Source: Octopus sinensis (lineage: Eukaryota). From it: a stretch of 64,000 nt of DNA. Where the stretch lies: contig NC_042997.1 in assembly GCF_006345805.1 (NCBI RefSeq), forward strand, positions 135,284,001 through 135,348,000. Reading direction: 5' to 3'. This document shows positions 38,611-51,640 of this stretch, piece by piece. The notes beneath the pieces were generated by a model. That model made no database searches and was not told where the DNA came from. It was given only the letters and a program-made list of their open reading frames with translations. The translations under genes and the position numbers were made by a program. The first letter of the stretch is position 1. Every line of letters begins with the position of its first letter.

Positions 38611-38793
38611 CGCACACACACACACTTATATGTATATATATATATACTAGCATTTTGACCGGTCGTTGCCGGGTCAGAGTGCTAGTGCATGTATATATAT
38701 GTGTACATATTACATGTACTTCTATATATATACATCTACACATAAAATACAAAATACAAAGTTATATCTTGATATCGCTAGTGATAACAATAC

Positions 38794-39096
38794 TCAAAAT
38801 ATATAACAGACCGGAATTGTAGGCTCATCTCTTGCAATTTTGATCAATTGGATCTTGTCCTCCCTCTTGTATAGAAGTGTGGCTACAATCCAGCCTACCT
38901 CTACTTCAGGGGGGATATTTTTAATTTTTATCCGGGACGTCCTACGTCCCAGATATACATGTAAAAATAAAGTATTTCCACTTTGCAAGGTTCGAGTCGA
39001 GTACTCCCTTGCACGCTCCGTTGACTCGAACCTTGCTTCTATTGTGGCGAATTTACCGCCTCTGGTTAGACATCTTTCATAGTCGCACCAAGACAC
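38794..39096 (-). pseudogene. Possible LINE ORF1 (gag/RRM-like) fragment
   Basis: CLTRGGKFATIEARF...YLGRRTSRIKIKNIPPEVEVGWIVA resembles ORF1 of L1/Tx1-type elements from memory; not verified. Confidence 0.45.
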
Positions 39097-39399
39097 TTTT
39101 CGATGGTGCTTTCCTTCAGGTGTTCAAATCTTTTTTTCTCTTTACATTGTATACTTTATAGACAATAGTCTTTTCTTTAATTTAATGGACTGTTCCATTT
39201 CTGCGCATTAATTTTATTTTTAATTTATTCCCATTCATGTGAAACCACTTATTCAAGTTCAAGTCATTGATGCAATTATATACCAATTGCTATTTTTACC
39301 TTTGCTATGTTACGATTATATTATACTTTAGTTTGATTTTAATTATTATTTACTACATATAATTCAATTGTTATTATTATTTTTATTGTTAAAGTGAAA

Positions 39400-39809
39400 G
39401 TATCTGACATAAAATAGAGAAATGTTTTTGTTTCACTTTTAACACGTAATACTGAAACAATGGAGAAGATATGATATTGCTATGGGCTCGCTCTAGGCAA
39501 GAAGTTGAACATTTGTTTTGCCCATGAAACTACAGGGACTCTAAGTAAGACATGTATAAAATTTGAATCAAATTCGCTGTGTAGTTCTCAAGTTTTAGGG
39601 AATCGTAGTGGAGAAGATATGATATTGCTGTGGGCTCGCCCTAGGCAAAATGTTAAAAAATTATTTGGCCGATGACACTCCCCGGACCCTAAGTAAGGCA
39701 TGTGTAAAATTTGAATGAAATTGGTTGTGTAGTGCTCAAGTTTTAGGGAAACACACAGACAGACAGACAGACAGACAGACACACATTCTCAGTTTTATAT
39801 ATATAGAGA
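39400..39809 (-). mobile_element. Non-autonomous Helitron 5' portion with a ~140-bp internal tandem duplication
   Basis: Ends ...acagacagacacacattctcagttttatatatatagaga|t (5' TC on the minus strand). Repeats begin tggagaagatatgatattgct at ~39460 and ~39610. Confidence 0.7.
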
Positions 39810-39817
39810 TATACGGC

Positions 39818-39978
39818 GGTCTTCTTTCAGTTTCCGTCTACCAAATCCCCTTACAAAGATTTAGTCGGCCCGAGGTTATATTTGAAGACACTTGCCCAAT
39901 GTGCTACGCAGTGGGACTGAACTCGGAACCCTATGGTTGGGAAGTAAGTTTCTTTCCACACTAACACGCTTGCACCTA
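39818..39978 (-). mobile_element. tRNA-derived SINE head
   Basis: Minus strand ...gggttccgagttcagtccca...ttgggcaagtgtcttc, i.e. a B-box-like motif followed by a CORE-like motif. Confidence 0.65.
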
Positions 39979-40128
39979 TAGTAAAAGATAATATTCAATT
40001 CTATCTAAAATGCATTTAGTTGGCATAATCAAAGGTTTATAATGTGAAATAAACTTTAAATTGTTTTGCAGGTTTTGTGAATGATTTCAAATTTTAACGA
40101 TATATATATATACATATGTATGTATGTA

Positions 40129-40164
<36 letters not shown>

Positions 40165-40500
40165 TGTAGTATGTATGTATGTATGTATGTATGTATGTAC
40201 GTATGTATGTATATGTTCAATGAAAACCACTGTGCTGCAGCTCGTCCTGTAGTTAGAAGTCGCAGAAATTCTTTGTCGTATCTCATCTTAAAAACACATT
40301 AAACAATGTAGGACGGAATATAAAAGATATGGTGAGTCTTTACTGTAAACATTGATAGAAGTATGTCTTCTCGATATACGTTTCCCTTGATGTCTACATC
40401 CACTACGATATGTCATGAATGATAAAGCGAAATATGTAAGCACCAACCGTAAAATGACTTAACGAGTTAAGAAACATTTTCGAGTATACGATAATGTAAT

Positions 40501-40679
40501 TAATAGTTGTATACTGTCAATTTAACGTGACAGTAGGGGATTACACCACCGCTGTTTAGCCCTAGGAAGCATCGACGCTTCCTGTCGGCTTCGACACATA
40601 AGCGTCGATGCTTCCTAGGGCTAAACAGCGGTGGTGTAATCCCCTACTGTCACGTTAAATTGACAGTATACAACTATTA
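40501..40679. repeat. Perfect 80-bp inverted repeat with 19-nt spacer
   Basis: 40501-40580 is the exact reverse complement of 40600-40679. Confidence 0.95.
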
Positions 40680-43139
40680 CGTCGCCCCACCACCGTACAT
40701 ATCTCTATGAGATATTTAGAAATTTAATATTTCTGATAATGTAATTGTAATGTGATAAACTTCGAGCGTGACGAAAAATGTTTCTTTAAATCGAGTAGAA
40801 ATTACCGATATTATTATAATATTTTGATAAATTGCTATGTACACAAGGTCTTTGGTATCATAATGCTTTATTTTTCTTGCCAAAATATGTACACAATTAA
40901 AAAGCAATGAAAGGAAACAGTATCAGCTTCTGCATTATGAAACCAAAGAATTTATTCTGTCTACGCAAGTTTGTTAATCATTATTCTATGTAAACCTCAC
41001 CTTTAATCCTCGAAATATTTTGATCCATTCGTTGGAATAAACTTGGATTATTTTTTGTTCAGTTCAAATTTTGCCTCTTTCCCTTCTTTTCACTCTCTTT
41101 CACCTTTCTTTCTCTCTCTTCGTCTCTGACTTTCTCTCTCTTCGTCTCTGACTTTCTCTCTTTCCCTCCGTGTCATGCTCTCTCTCTCTCTCTCTATCTC
41201 ACTGTCTTTCTCTCTTGCCCTATCGGTTATTCTCCGTTTCTCCAGCCCCTCTGATTCTTTCTCTCTCCTCCCACTATCACGTAACCGGTCACTATCTAGG
41301 GCGGTGTCATTCCTTTTCGCGTTGCCTTCGACCGAATCGGTCACACATTTTTATGCTCCTCGCTCTGTCTCAATCTTGTATTTAGTCCTTAGAGACAATT
41401 TTCAATTCTCTTTTGCATTTTTTCACACTTGTCTGTCTGGTAGCCCACCGCTTTTGTTTTTGTTGTTGCATATGTACTTTTATTATTATTATTTTTTTGG
41501 TTGTATATGTATTCTTAATTTTTGTTGTCTTCGCCTAGCCCTAAGGTCATATTCTGTTTATTTCGTTTTTCTTTTCTTTTTTTTTTTGTCCCTCATCCGT
41601 CCACTAACAGTCTTGTCTAGCATTGCTTTTATCTATTTTCGTATGTCCATTTCCGTATTCATTGTTCATTCTTGTTTATCCGTCCCGTTTTGTTTTGTTA
41701 CTTTTGGGTCGCATTCCCAGTTCTGTTGCTAGTTGCCTCCAGGGTGGAAGCAATATTATCGATAATGGCACAAAATTACACTGGCACCCCTGGCCGATAA
41801 CTGATGATGAGTTGGTGACCTGTGTTTGTTCTCTGTTCGTCTGTGTATTTGTATATATTTTTAAACATAACTTTCTGCATTTATTTTCCATTCATTTGTC
41901 TATTACTAAACGTGTTTGATTCACAGACTAGATCTGATTATTATATACACATATGGCATATGTATCTATAATAATAAAAACGAAATTCTGTCTAGGACTC
42001 CTGTATGTCAGTCTACATTTGCTCTACATAGCCATATTATACCTTATTAGAATCAAGATGATCCTGGAATTGAACATTTGCCCTTCATTCGCTTCTTGAA
42101 TATCCAGCATTGGGATCTGATCTAAAAGCATTTAGTTGCAATTTTTAGCAGGTAAAGCTTGACTGATTCACGCCATCTTGACTTGCGTTTGTAAGATAAT
42201 GTCAGGGGTCAGGAGGGAGATAAATGACTTTCACTTCGTTAATTTTACGTTGTGATAAGAACTTTGGGACAAATTGGCCAACAGTTGGAATTCAACTTGG
42301 GACTGGAACAATAGAATGATTGCATTACAGAATTAATTCTCATCTGTCCTCAAGCTCTAATCAAATACAACCGTGGTATATAGTCATTATAGACGCATTA
42401 TAGTCATGCTGTTTAGCTCTCTGTAGTTTTGGACCGCAATTAATTTTATAGATTATTAAAGCAATCTGCCAAGAAGGTGAATTATTGAAAAGAAAGAAAG
42501 CTATCAAATCATTATTAATTTATATGTCACACGATATGAGAGGAGGGGAAAAGCGTTCATGATTTAACTGGTTTAAAAAGAAAATGAAATAAAGTAAGAT
42601 TAGACCTTCACAAACAAGTGTGGTAAAATACGATGCATGATATATTAGTATCGTTACTGATTGAATGTCTTAATAAAATTATTTTCTCTGAAACAAAATA
42701 ACTTTATCAAAACTCAAATGGTCGCATTATAGCCAGGCAAGCATCATCGGAGTTAGCGTTTTACATTGTTTTGTTAATTGCTCGCCATTCAAATTTAAAA
42801 TTCCCCCGGGTCAAAATTGGTTTTTATACCATCATAGGCGATAAAATAATAACAGTATGCTGTGCCAGTTCAATAAATTATATTACCAAATCTAAAAAAA
42901 AAAAAATTGTACCTTGTGCTTAAGCCAAATGAACTAATTATAATGAAAATATCACCAGAAGAAAAACTTTTGTAACGAAAATGAATACTTTCACAGGTAA
43001 TTTAACTATCATTGCATCGACAGCCAGTGTAATGCTATTGTTTGTCCTCATTACCTAAACGGCAGAAATTTCATTAATGTATTATTTGAAATACATTCTG
43101 TGCATTATACGCAAACATTCAGACACAGACCCGTACACG

Positions 43140-43170
<31 letters not shown>

Positions 43171-43211
43171 GCACACCCTCACATACACACAGTCATGTAT
43201 GCATATATGTG

Positions 43212-43240
<29 letters not shown>

Positions 43241-43244
<4 letters not shown>

Positions 43245-43452
43245 TTGTGTGTCTGTGTTTGTCCCCCTAGCATTGCTTGACAACCGATGCTGGTGTGTTT
43301 ACGTCCCCGTAACTTAGCGGTTCGGCAAAAGAGACCGATGGAATAAGTACTGGGCTTACAAAGAATAAGTCCCGGGGTCGATTTGCTCGACTAAAGGCGG
43401 TACTCCAGCATGGCCACAGTCAAATGACTGAAACAAGTAAAAGAGTAAAGAG
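43241..43452 (+). mobile_element. SINE 3' portion
   Basis: gtttgtcccc...gacaaccgatgctggtgtgtttacgtccccgtaacttagcggttcggc...atgactgaaacaagtaaaagag; same family as 4008, 35935 and 38435. Confidence 0.85.
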
Positions 43453-43545
43453 AGTCTAAGACTATTTTTTTTAGCCAATACACAATGATTGTTTATTATG
43501 ATTATTATTATTATTATTGTTGTTGTTGTTGTTATTATTATTAAT

Positions 43546-43760
43546 TTATGTTTGACTTTTGCTTAGCATTTGTACAAGTTGGCTCCAAGTCTCACCCAGA
43601 GACCTCAAGAGACAAGTTAGATGTTCATCTCGTTGTTATGCCTAGGGTGCCATATATTTGACTTTGTATATATATATATATTTGGCTTTGTATATTTGGC
43701 ATATATTTGGCTAGTGTTGTTCAAGAGAATGTTTAACTGTGGACAACTTATACTACTTCT
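43546..43760 (-). repeat. Possible retroelement 3' end with (AAT)n tail
   Basis: The minus strand ends ...gcaaaagtcaaacataaatt(AAT)n. No ORF was recognised, so the assignment rests on the tail only. Confidence 0.35.
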
Positions 43761-44553
43761 ATTCACAGGCCTACAAGTTACTCTCTCTAGAAACGATCTG
43801 GAAGATCCGATGCCGTTTGCCTCTCTCCACATAGGTGCATTCGGAAATCCAGTCGGTACCTGTTAACCAACTGGAAGCAACTGAGCTGGGTTGTCAGGCT
43901 TTTGCACCCACGTCTGCTATCGGCTAGCCCCACCCTAACCAGGCTTGCGTCCAAGATGAAGTATTAATCGACCACTAGCACTAAAGAGCCTGACGTCCTA
44001 AGGAAAATCTCCAGACACCCGAAAGATAACATTTTAAAAAGGACTCAATTTACGGGAGAATAGAATGGTTTAAGTTTTCGAAGGCATACGTATGAAAAAT
44101 TTCCGCAATGCAGTAAAAATTAGTACAACTACCAGGCATACCTTTGCATATATTTAATATATATAGTAACAGTTTGAAATCATATTGAATGTATATTTCT
44201 TCGCATCTGTATCGAAAACTGTTCGTTTAAATCAAATCAATTCAACTACTGAATTTTTATTCACCAGATTTAATTCGACGCGATATGACTTCACTCCTAA
44301 CAATGATTGTTGAACTGAATTCTGTAATGACATTGTTTGCTTCGATTCCATGTATATTTTTGCCGGAATTTTCCCGAAACTGAATATACATTAATTGTGA
44401 GTCTATACAGTATGTGTCTCTGTTTTCGAAAATTGAGTGCGCTTTCTTTAGTATTAATGACACTTATTCAACCAACTGAGTACGTGCGTGTCTCTGTCTA
44501 CCTGCCCATCTCTCTCTATATATATATGTAATAATAATAGTAATAATAATAAT

Positions 44554-47500
44554 AAATTAAATACCACCGATATTATTCAACCCAAGAATAACAAGCGGGA
44601 GGTACGTACTTTAAACTTACTTCACAAAATGTACGAAAAACTATACGGGCAAAACAATGTGACAACAGAAATGAACGGACCGGTACCCTACGAAAATGAC
44701 GACCGTCAAAATAATGGGCCGGACGTTGTTCCTCATGTCCCGCAAATAAAACCCAAAAGACATAAATGGACACGTGAGGAATACATTTCTATCCTACACG
44801 CATACTTCACAGCAGTGCTCTACCCAAAAAATGAAAACACAACATCACAACATCATATAAAATATGGAAGGAAAATAACATAAATCTAGACTTGGATACA
44901 GCAATGAACCCTAATAAACTAGCTAACGTACGAAGATACATTCTCAACGCAAAAAAATATCAGAAATAGAAATAGAGCATCTAAAAGAAAAAATACACCA
45001 GGAAAATGTAGATAGAAGTCACACAACAATGCCCAATAATATAAACACTGAAACAGTAAAACACGAAGACAAACGTAACATTCCCAACAAACACGATGTA
45101 AACAAATAAAAAAACCAAACCCAGACCGTAAGGATGCATAATAATACACGACAAACAGCAAGCCAAAACATGGCAAACAAACATATAAATAAGAAAGAAA
45201 GCGACACAAATCTAAAACCTGGAAACAACGAAGGGGAGCTTAATGATTATGATAATATAAAAAGTAAAATAGTCAAAGAACTGAAAACTACAGAGCTCAA
45301 AATGGACCACCGACCATACCTCCCAAAAATCAAAATAGACGAAACAACAACACCAATTATAAACAGCATAAACCTAGCCGTCACGGAACTAATAGCTACT
45401 GAAACAAAAAGCGATATCACTGAGCTAAATGGCTTAGCAAACGCAGCAGCCACTACAGCCACAAAAGAATGGATACTCACTCAAACCCATCCAAACAGGA
45501 GTACCACCACCCAAACAAACCCTGTGGATAAATAACATCCAAAACAAAATTTAAAAAATGAGAAAAGATTCTTAATGAAATCAGTAGGCAATCAACGCTA
45601 CTGAGCAATAAAAAGAAAACAAAAATACTCCGCAAATATAACATCACACAAAAAAATTTACCTGAGATAAAAGAAAAGCTGAAGCAAGATATCCTTGCCA
45701 AAGCACAAAGGATCCGCCGGTACGAGAAACGCCAGCGCTTCTTTGAACAAAACAAAAAGTTCAACTCCAATCCCAAAAATTTCTACCAAGAAATTGGCAA
45801 AAATAAAATAGAAGTCACTGCAGCACCAACGGCAGAAGAATTGGAAGAATTCTGGGGAGAAATATGGTCGGCGAACGAACCACCAAAAAAAAGGAGTATC
45901 AAAATAACAAACTCGGCATCTGAACAAATTTGGACCCCTATAGCAACTGAAGAGGTCACCCAGGCACTGCAAAGACTAAGCAACTGGAAGGCACCTGGGC
46001 ATGACAAGATCCCCAACGTCTGGTTGAAATATCTAACAGGAATGCACAAAAAGCTGGCTGAAAACTTTAACAACGTACTAGCAGAGCCAGAGACAATACC
46101 TGAATGGCTCACGAAGGGGAAAACCATCTTAATTCCCAAATCAAATGAAACAGAAAAACCAGAAAACTACAGACCAATAACCTGCCTCCCTACTATGTTC
46201 AAGGCATTTACTGCAGTGATATCACAAAGGCTGAACAAGCACCTGGACGAAAACAAACTGTTCCCAGAAGAGCAGAAAGGATGCCGCAAAGGCTCATATG
46301 GCTGTAAAGATCAACTAATGATTAATAAAGCCATAACTGAAGACAGCCACAGAAAGAAGAAAGGCCTCAGTATGGCCTGGATTGACTACAAAAAGGCGTT
46401 TGATAGCACCCCCACACATGGATCCTCGAAACACTAGCCATTAACAAAGTAGCACCAACAATTATAAAATTCATAGGGCACTCTATGAATAAATGGCAAA
46501 CAGTGCTACAGCTACAAACAAAAGAGGGACTCATGAAAACCAAAGACATCCCCATTAGAAGAGGAATATTCCAGGGAGACACGCTCTCTCCACTCCTTTT
46601 CTGCTTGGCACTGTCACCTCTATCTGATATGCTAAATAGAACTAGATGCGGATATAAATGTTACGGCAAAACGACCAGCCACCTTTTACATATGGATGAC
46701 CTAAAACTATACGCTGCAAATGACAAACAGCTGGAAACACTATTAAAGACAGTTCATGGATTTACCAAAGAAATAGATATGAAATTTGGATTAGAAAAAT
46801 GCGCCAAAGTAACCATGAAAAGAGGAAAACTAGTTAAGAGTAACAACATCAAACTAGATAAAACCAATGAAATAAAAGAATTAGACCAAAGCCAAACTTA
46901 CAAATACTTAGGAATCCATGAACTAGATAAGACACAACACACACAAATGAAAGAGAAAATAAAAAAAGAATATTATAGACGAGTTAGATCAATACTAAAC
47001 ACAGAGCTCAATGCTAAAAACAAGATAATAGGTATCAACACTTTAGCTGTCCCAGTTATAAGTTACAGCTACAATATCCTTAACTGGACACGAAATGAAC
47101 TGACCAAAATAGATAGGAAAACAAGAAAAATAATGACAGGATCTAGGATGCATCACCCAAAATCTGACATAGAAAGACTATATATACAACGTATAGAAGG
47201 TGGTAGAGGCCTTATACAGCTGGAAAACTACTATAAAATAACCACCATAGGACTGCAAAAATATCTACTTCAGAAGGAAGGAAAACTGATCCAGATAGCG
47301 GCAAAACACGAGCAAAACAAAAAAACTGTTCTCAGTATTTAAGGAAGCTGACAAATACAAACAAGAAATCATACCACCTAATAAACATGAAGAAGAAGAA
47401 GAAGAAGAAGATGAAGAAACAACAAAAGCTATAAAACAAATGAAATCCAAACTAAAAATAGAACAGCAACGAACCATGATAAAACGATGGCAAGAAAAGC

Positions 47501-48349
47501 CTCTTCATGGTAAATACTGGACTAAACTAAACGCAAAAGAAATAGACAAAGAAAAATCCCAGCAATGGTTGAGAAGCTCAGGACTCAAAGCAGAAACAGA
47601 GGGATTTTTAATTGCAGCACAAGACCAAAGCCTCCCCACCAGAAATTACCAAAAACATGTAATGAAAAGAAATATTACAAGTAACTGCAGAATATGTGGA
47701 GATGGACAAGAAACAATAAATCATATTATCTCTAGCTGCCTAGTCCTGGCTAAGAAGGAATATATTCACAGACATGACAGAGTTGGAACCTACATACATT
47801 GGAAGCTATGCCAACATTATGGAATAACAACAGAAAAAAGATGGTATAGGCACACACCAGAAAAGGTCACAGAAAACGAGAAAGCAACCATACTCTGGGA
47901 TATGCCGATACACACAGATAGAGAAATTAAGGCCAACAGACCAGATATAGTTGTCAGAGATCATGAAGAAAAAAAATGCTTTCTAATTGATGTATCAATA
48001 CCGGCAGATGACAACGTGTCTCTAAAAGAAATGGAGAAACTCTCAAAATACAAAGACCTGGAAATAGAGGTAACTAGAATGTGGAATCTGAAAACAGAAA
48101 CAATTCCTATCATAGTAGGTGCATTAGGCATGATAAAAAAATATTCAGACAAATACATAACAAAAACACCAGGACTTACAAACACATATAACATACAGAA
48201 AATTGCACTACTAGGCACTGCACACATCCTACGCAGAACACTTTCCATACAATAACCATCAGAGCATCACAACAAATCACAGCACATACCCAAGGCACAC
48301 AGAGCTGTGCTCGGTAGTGAAGTGAAAGCACGCTATAAAAATAAAACTA

Positions 48350-48352
<3 letters not shown>
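44554..48352 (+). mobile_element. Near-full-length R4/Dong-clade non-LTR retrotransposon (RT + CCHC + restriction-like endonuclease), several frameshifts
   Basis: KRHKWTREEY (N-terminus), WKAPGHDKIPNVWLK, NYRPITCLPT, EEQKGCR, WIDYKKAFDS, RGIFQGDTLSPLLF, HMDDLKLY, YKYLG, CRICG...ETINHIISSC, RHDRV, RPDIVV...LIDVSIP...EKLSKYKDL. About 100-bp 3' UTR; (AAT)n at 44529-44553 and 48353-48420. Confidence 0.95.
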
Positions 48353-48404
<52 letters not shown>

Positions 48405-48420
48405 TAATAATAATAATAAT

Positions 48421-50765
48421 AAACACCAAACAAACACAATCTCAGCAAACAAACAAAGAGATTAAATCTACAATATGCTTCCTCAGTAGCGATGAGTTCC
48501 ACCGTAAGGTGACCAAAAGAGACCTCACATACTTTGGATCTGTTAACACCAGCGGCTCCTCAGGAAGACACCATCACTTCTCCCTCCCATCCGGCTTACT
48601 GGCGCACACTTAGAGTAGGCCCATTCACGAAGGCCATTCTTTCCACATTCACCCACCTTTCAACGCACTTATTGGGTGAATGTATCTCCCTCACCAACCT
48701 CAATTTCCTTTTCAGGCAGTACCTGAAAAAGTCAATGAGGCCTCGGCCAAATCGGAAGGTACCCGTCTTCTACCCTTTCAAACGCGTCCACCACACAACC
48801 TTTTTTGCCATAGTCACCTGACAGAGAAAAATTGCCCTCCCTTCCCAGTCAGGGGAAAGAAGCGGGGCGTTCTTCACAATGGACTCGGGCGATAGCCGCA
48901 TCCGTCCTACAGGTGACAATAACTGTTCGACAAAGCTCCACAGGCCAGCAATGTGCAGACACTGTACGAGAGCATTCAAGAGGGTTTCATCGCTTCGTGT
49001 GCATCTAGGACAAGCCAGACTTACTCCACACCCGTGCCTGTAGAGCTTGTCTCGAACCAGAAGCGCCCCCCGGTAGCACTGCCAGGCCAGGAATTCCTGG
49101 AACTTATCCATAGTTCCTTCTCCGAAAGTTCTCCGGAAGGAACCAGCCCGTTGATCCCCTTCGACGCCCAGGACCTCTTTGAGTACGTGGTCGCTCTTGC
49201 TCTGTACTAATCCTCTATAGAATCCCACAACAGTTGCTTTCAGGGCACTTGACCATTTAACTGACCTCACTGCCCGACTAGCCGAGGGCTGTGAGCGCTT
49301 GGAGACACTCTAGGCGAAAGCGTCCTGCCTCGATCTACGCCTGATCCAGGACTGTAACTCCGTCAAGGAGACGAACTACAGAAAAGCGCGTTCAACAAAC
49401 GGCGACCACACATGCTCACCGTTAAAGTATCGCTGGAAATGTCGTAGCCTTAGCGCTTATCTGCACATCCCCAGCCACAGCATGCTTATTCCTCCACGCA
49501 ACGGTCCTGAGAACAAATGGACCGTCTAACAAGCGGTACCTGTCCCTTCCACAGTAAGCAGAAGAGCAAACACACCAGTCCGTCCACCACAAAACTAGGC
49601 AAAGACAACAGTCAGGCAGTAGTATATGACGGATGCGATGTACACATTCGCCACCTCCGCCAGATCTTTCAAGGACAGCTTCTTCTTTGCCCATTTCTAG
49701 GTGAGACTGTCAGCACTGTCTGTCACCTCGCCCCAGTGCTTGTCCACTTGGAAATCCGTACCGAAACAGACTCTGAGCAACTTAACAGGTCCTTCCGTCT
49801 AGCGCTTCACCACGCTGTCGGCTGGCATGGTCCTGCCGTATCAGGTGCCGAGCTGCAGGCCCACTGACTTTTCCTGGTTGATCATTGCTCCTGTCACCGC
49901 TTCGTATTCCCTTAGGGTAGTGCTGACCATCTCGATTTCCGATATGCCTGAAACTATCACGGTGACGTTGTCCGCATACGCTGGCACAAACCTTCCGCAT
50001 CCCAGTTCAGGCGGAGCCTCTAGAAACATCCTGCTCACGCAATAATGGCTAGAGAGCCAGTACATAGAGAAGGGGTAAGAGCAGGCCTCCTTGACGGACC
50101 GAACGTGCGATACTGAACGATTCCGAGAGGTGGCCATTTACTTTGACCACCGAACAGGTGTCGATGTATATTGCAGTGAGCCAGCCTCTGAAAACAGGAC
50201 CGAAACCAGCCGCCTTGAGGACAACCTCCACGAACAGTTGGTCGACCTTATCAAAAGCTTTCGATTGATCCAAAAGTATCAGGACCCCACCCACGTCAGG
50301 TGCTTTACCAACCCTCGGTATGATGTATCACGTAAGGTGATGGTTGTTGCTTATAGTTCTGCTGGGGATAGCGCAAGTCTGTGCATCATCCACCAGTCAG
50401 TCAAGGACAAGCGCCAACCTCTTTGCTAACACCTTGGCCAAAATTTTGTTATCTGTGTTTAGCAGAGTTACCGGCCTAAAGTTATCAAAAATGTCCCTGT
50501 TGTTAGGATCCTTTCTCAAATCCGAGTATTCTCCCATTCTACTGCCATTTGCGGTAGACGTCTCCCAAAAGCTCACCAAATATGCCAGGCATATGTATAT
50601 AAAGCTCGAACGGCAGACCATCCAATTCCTGCGCCCTCTCCCTCGTGCAACTAGCCAACGCATCACGTATATCTTCAGCTTTTAGCGGCATTTCGTAGAA
50701 CTCCACATCCATGGCCGAAAGCGGCGGTATACCATCAAGGTAAGAAGTGAAGACATCTCCGCCTC
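48421..50765 (-). mobile_element. L1/Tx1-like LINE, 5'-truncated, decayed
   Basis: LRKDPN..DNFRPVTLLNTDNKILAKVLAKRL, LDQSKAFDKV, VKVNGHLS..F.I.RSVRQG..L.PLLYVLAL, AYADNVTV, CPRC..SDET..ALVQC. Confidence 0.9.
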
Positions 50766-50774
50766 CGGGCCTCT

Positions 50775-51640
50775 GCGCACCGGAATTTCAGCGGCACTGT
50801 GCCGAACTGTACGGGGCGCGTGGTGTGTCGGGGACGGAAATGGATTTAACCTCTTATCACAGTGGCATCCCACACCTCTCGGCCAGGGATGCGGAGTTCT
50901 GCAAAATGCCGATAACAGCCGAAGATATACGAGAGCCGATGTTTAGCTGCGCAAGTGCGAAGTCTCCGAGGCTGTATGATTTGTCCTTCCACCTTTATTT
51001 TGATATGCCATAGCTGTTCGGTGATATCTTGGCAGATATCTACCACAACAAGCATCAGAACGGGAGAACTCTAAGTGTTGTGTACCGTGGAGTGTTGGTG
51101 CTGCTCAAAAAGGACCTGAACACTGGATGTTTCGAGGAGCACCCCGCTCGTTCGAGGAGGCTGAATGTTCGTGTCGGCTTTTGCGGACCATATCACCGTA
51201 ATAGTGACCGACATCTCGAAAATCGAGGTGGTCGGCACTGCTTAAGGGAGTACGAAGCGGTGACAGGAGCAAAGATTAACCAGAAGTCGGTGGGTCTGCA
51301 GCTAGGCACATGCAAGTACATGCCGACTGGCAGCGTCGTAGTGCGCTGGACGGAAGGACCGGTAAAATTACTCAGGGTCTGGTCTGGTCCGGACCTCCAG
51401 GTGGACAAGTACTGGGGGGAGGGAACGAGCAGTGTGGCCAATCTCACTCAGAAATGAGCAGATAAGAACTCATCACTGAAAGGTCGGGCGGAGGTGGCGA
51501 ATGCGTACATCACTTCTGTCATCAATTACCGCTTGACTGTCGTCTCTTGCCCTGCTTTGCGACTGATGAAACTGGAGCGCTTGCTCTTCCGCTTTCCGTG
51601 GAAGGGACGTGTTCTGCTCGTCAGACAGTTTGTCTTTGAT
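50775..51640 (+). mobile_element. Second L1/Tx1-like copy, internally deleted, opposite orientation
   Basis: AELYG...GIPHLSARDAEFCKMPITAEDIRE...KSP...LFGDILADIY...GVLVLLKKDLN jumps to REYEAVTGAKINQKSVGLQLGT...LERLLFRF, which is homologous to 49600-49990 (minus). Confidence 0.85.

Noticed and set aside
43800-43900. HDV-like ribozyme upstream of the R4 element
   Set aside because: P1-, P3- and P4-like pairings can be drawn, but P2 and the C-containing J4/2 cannot be completed, and the segment is separated from the R4 5' end by about 650 bp.
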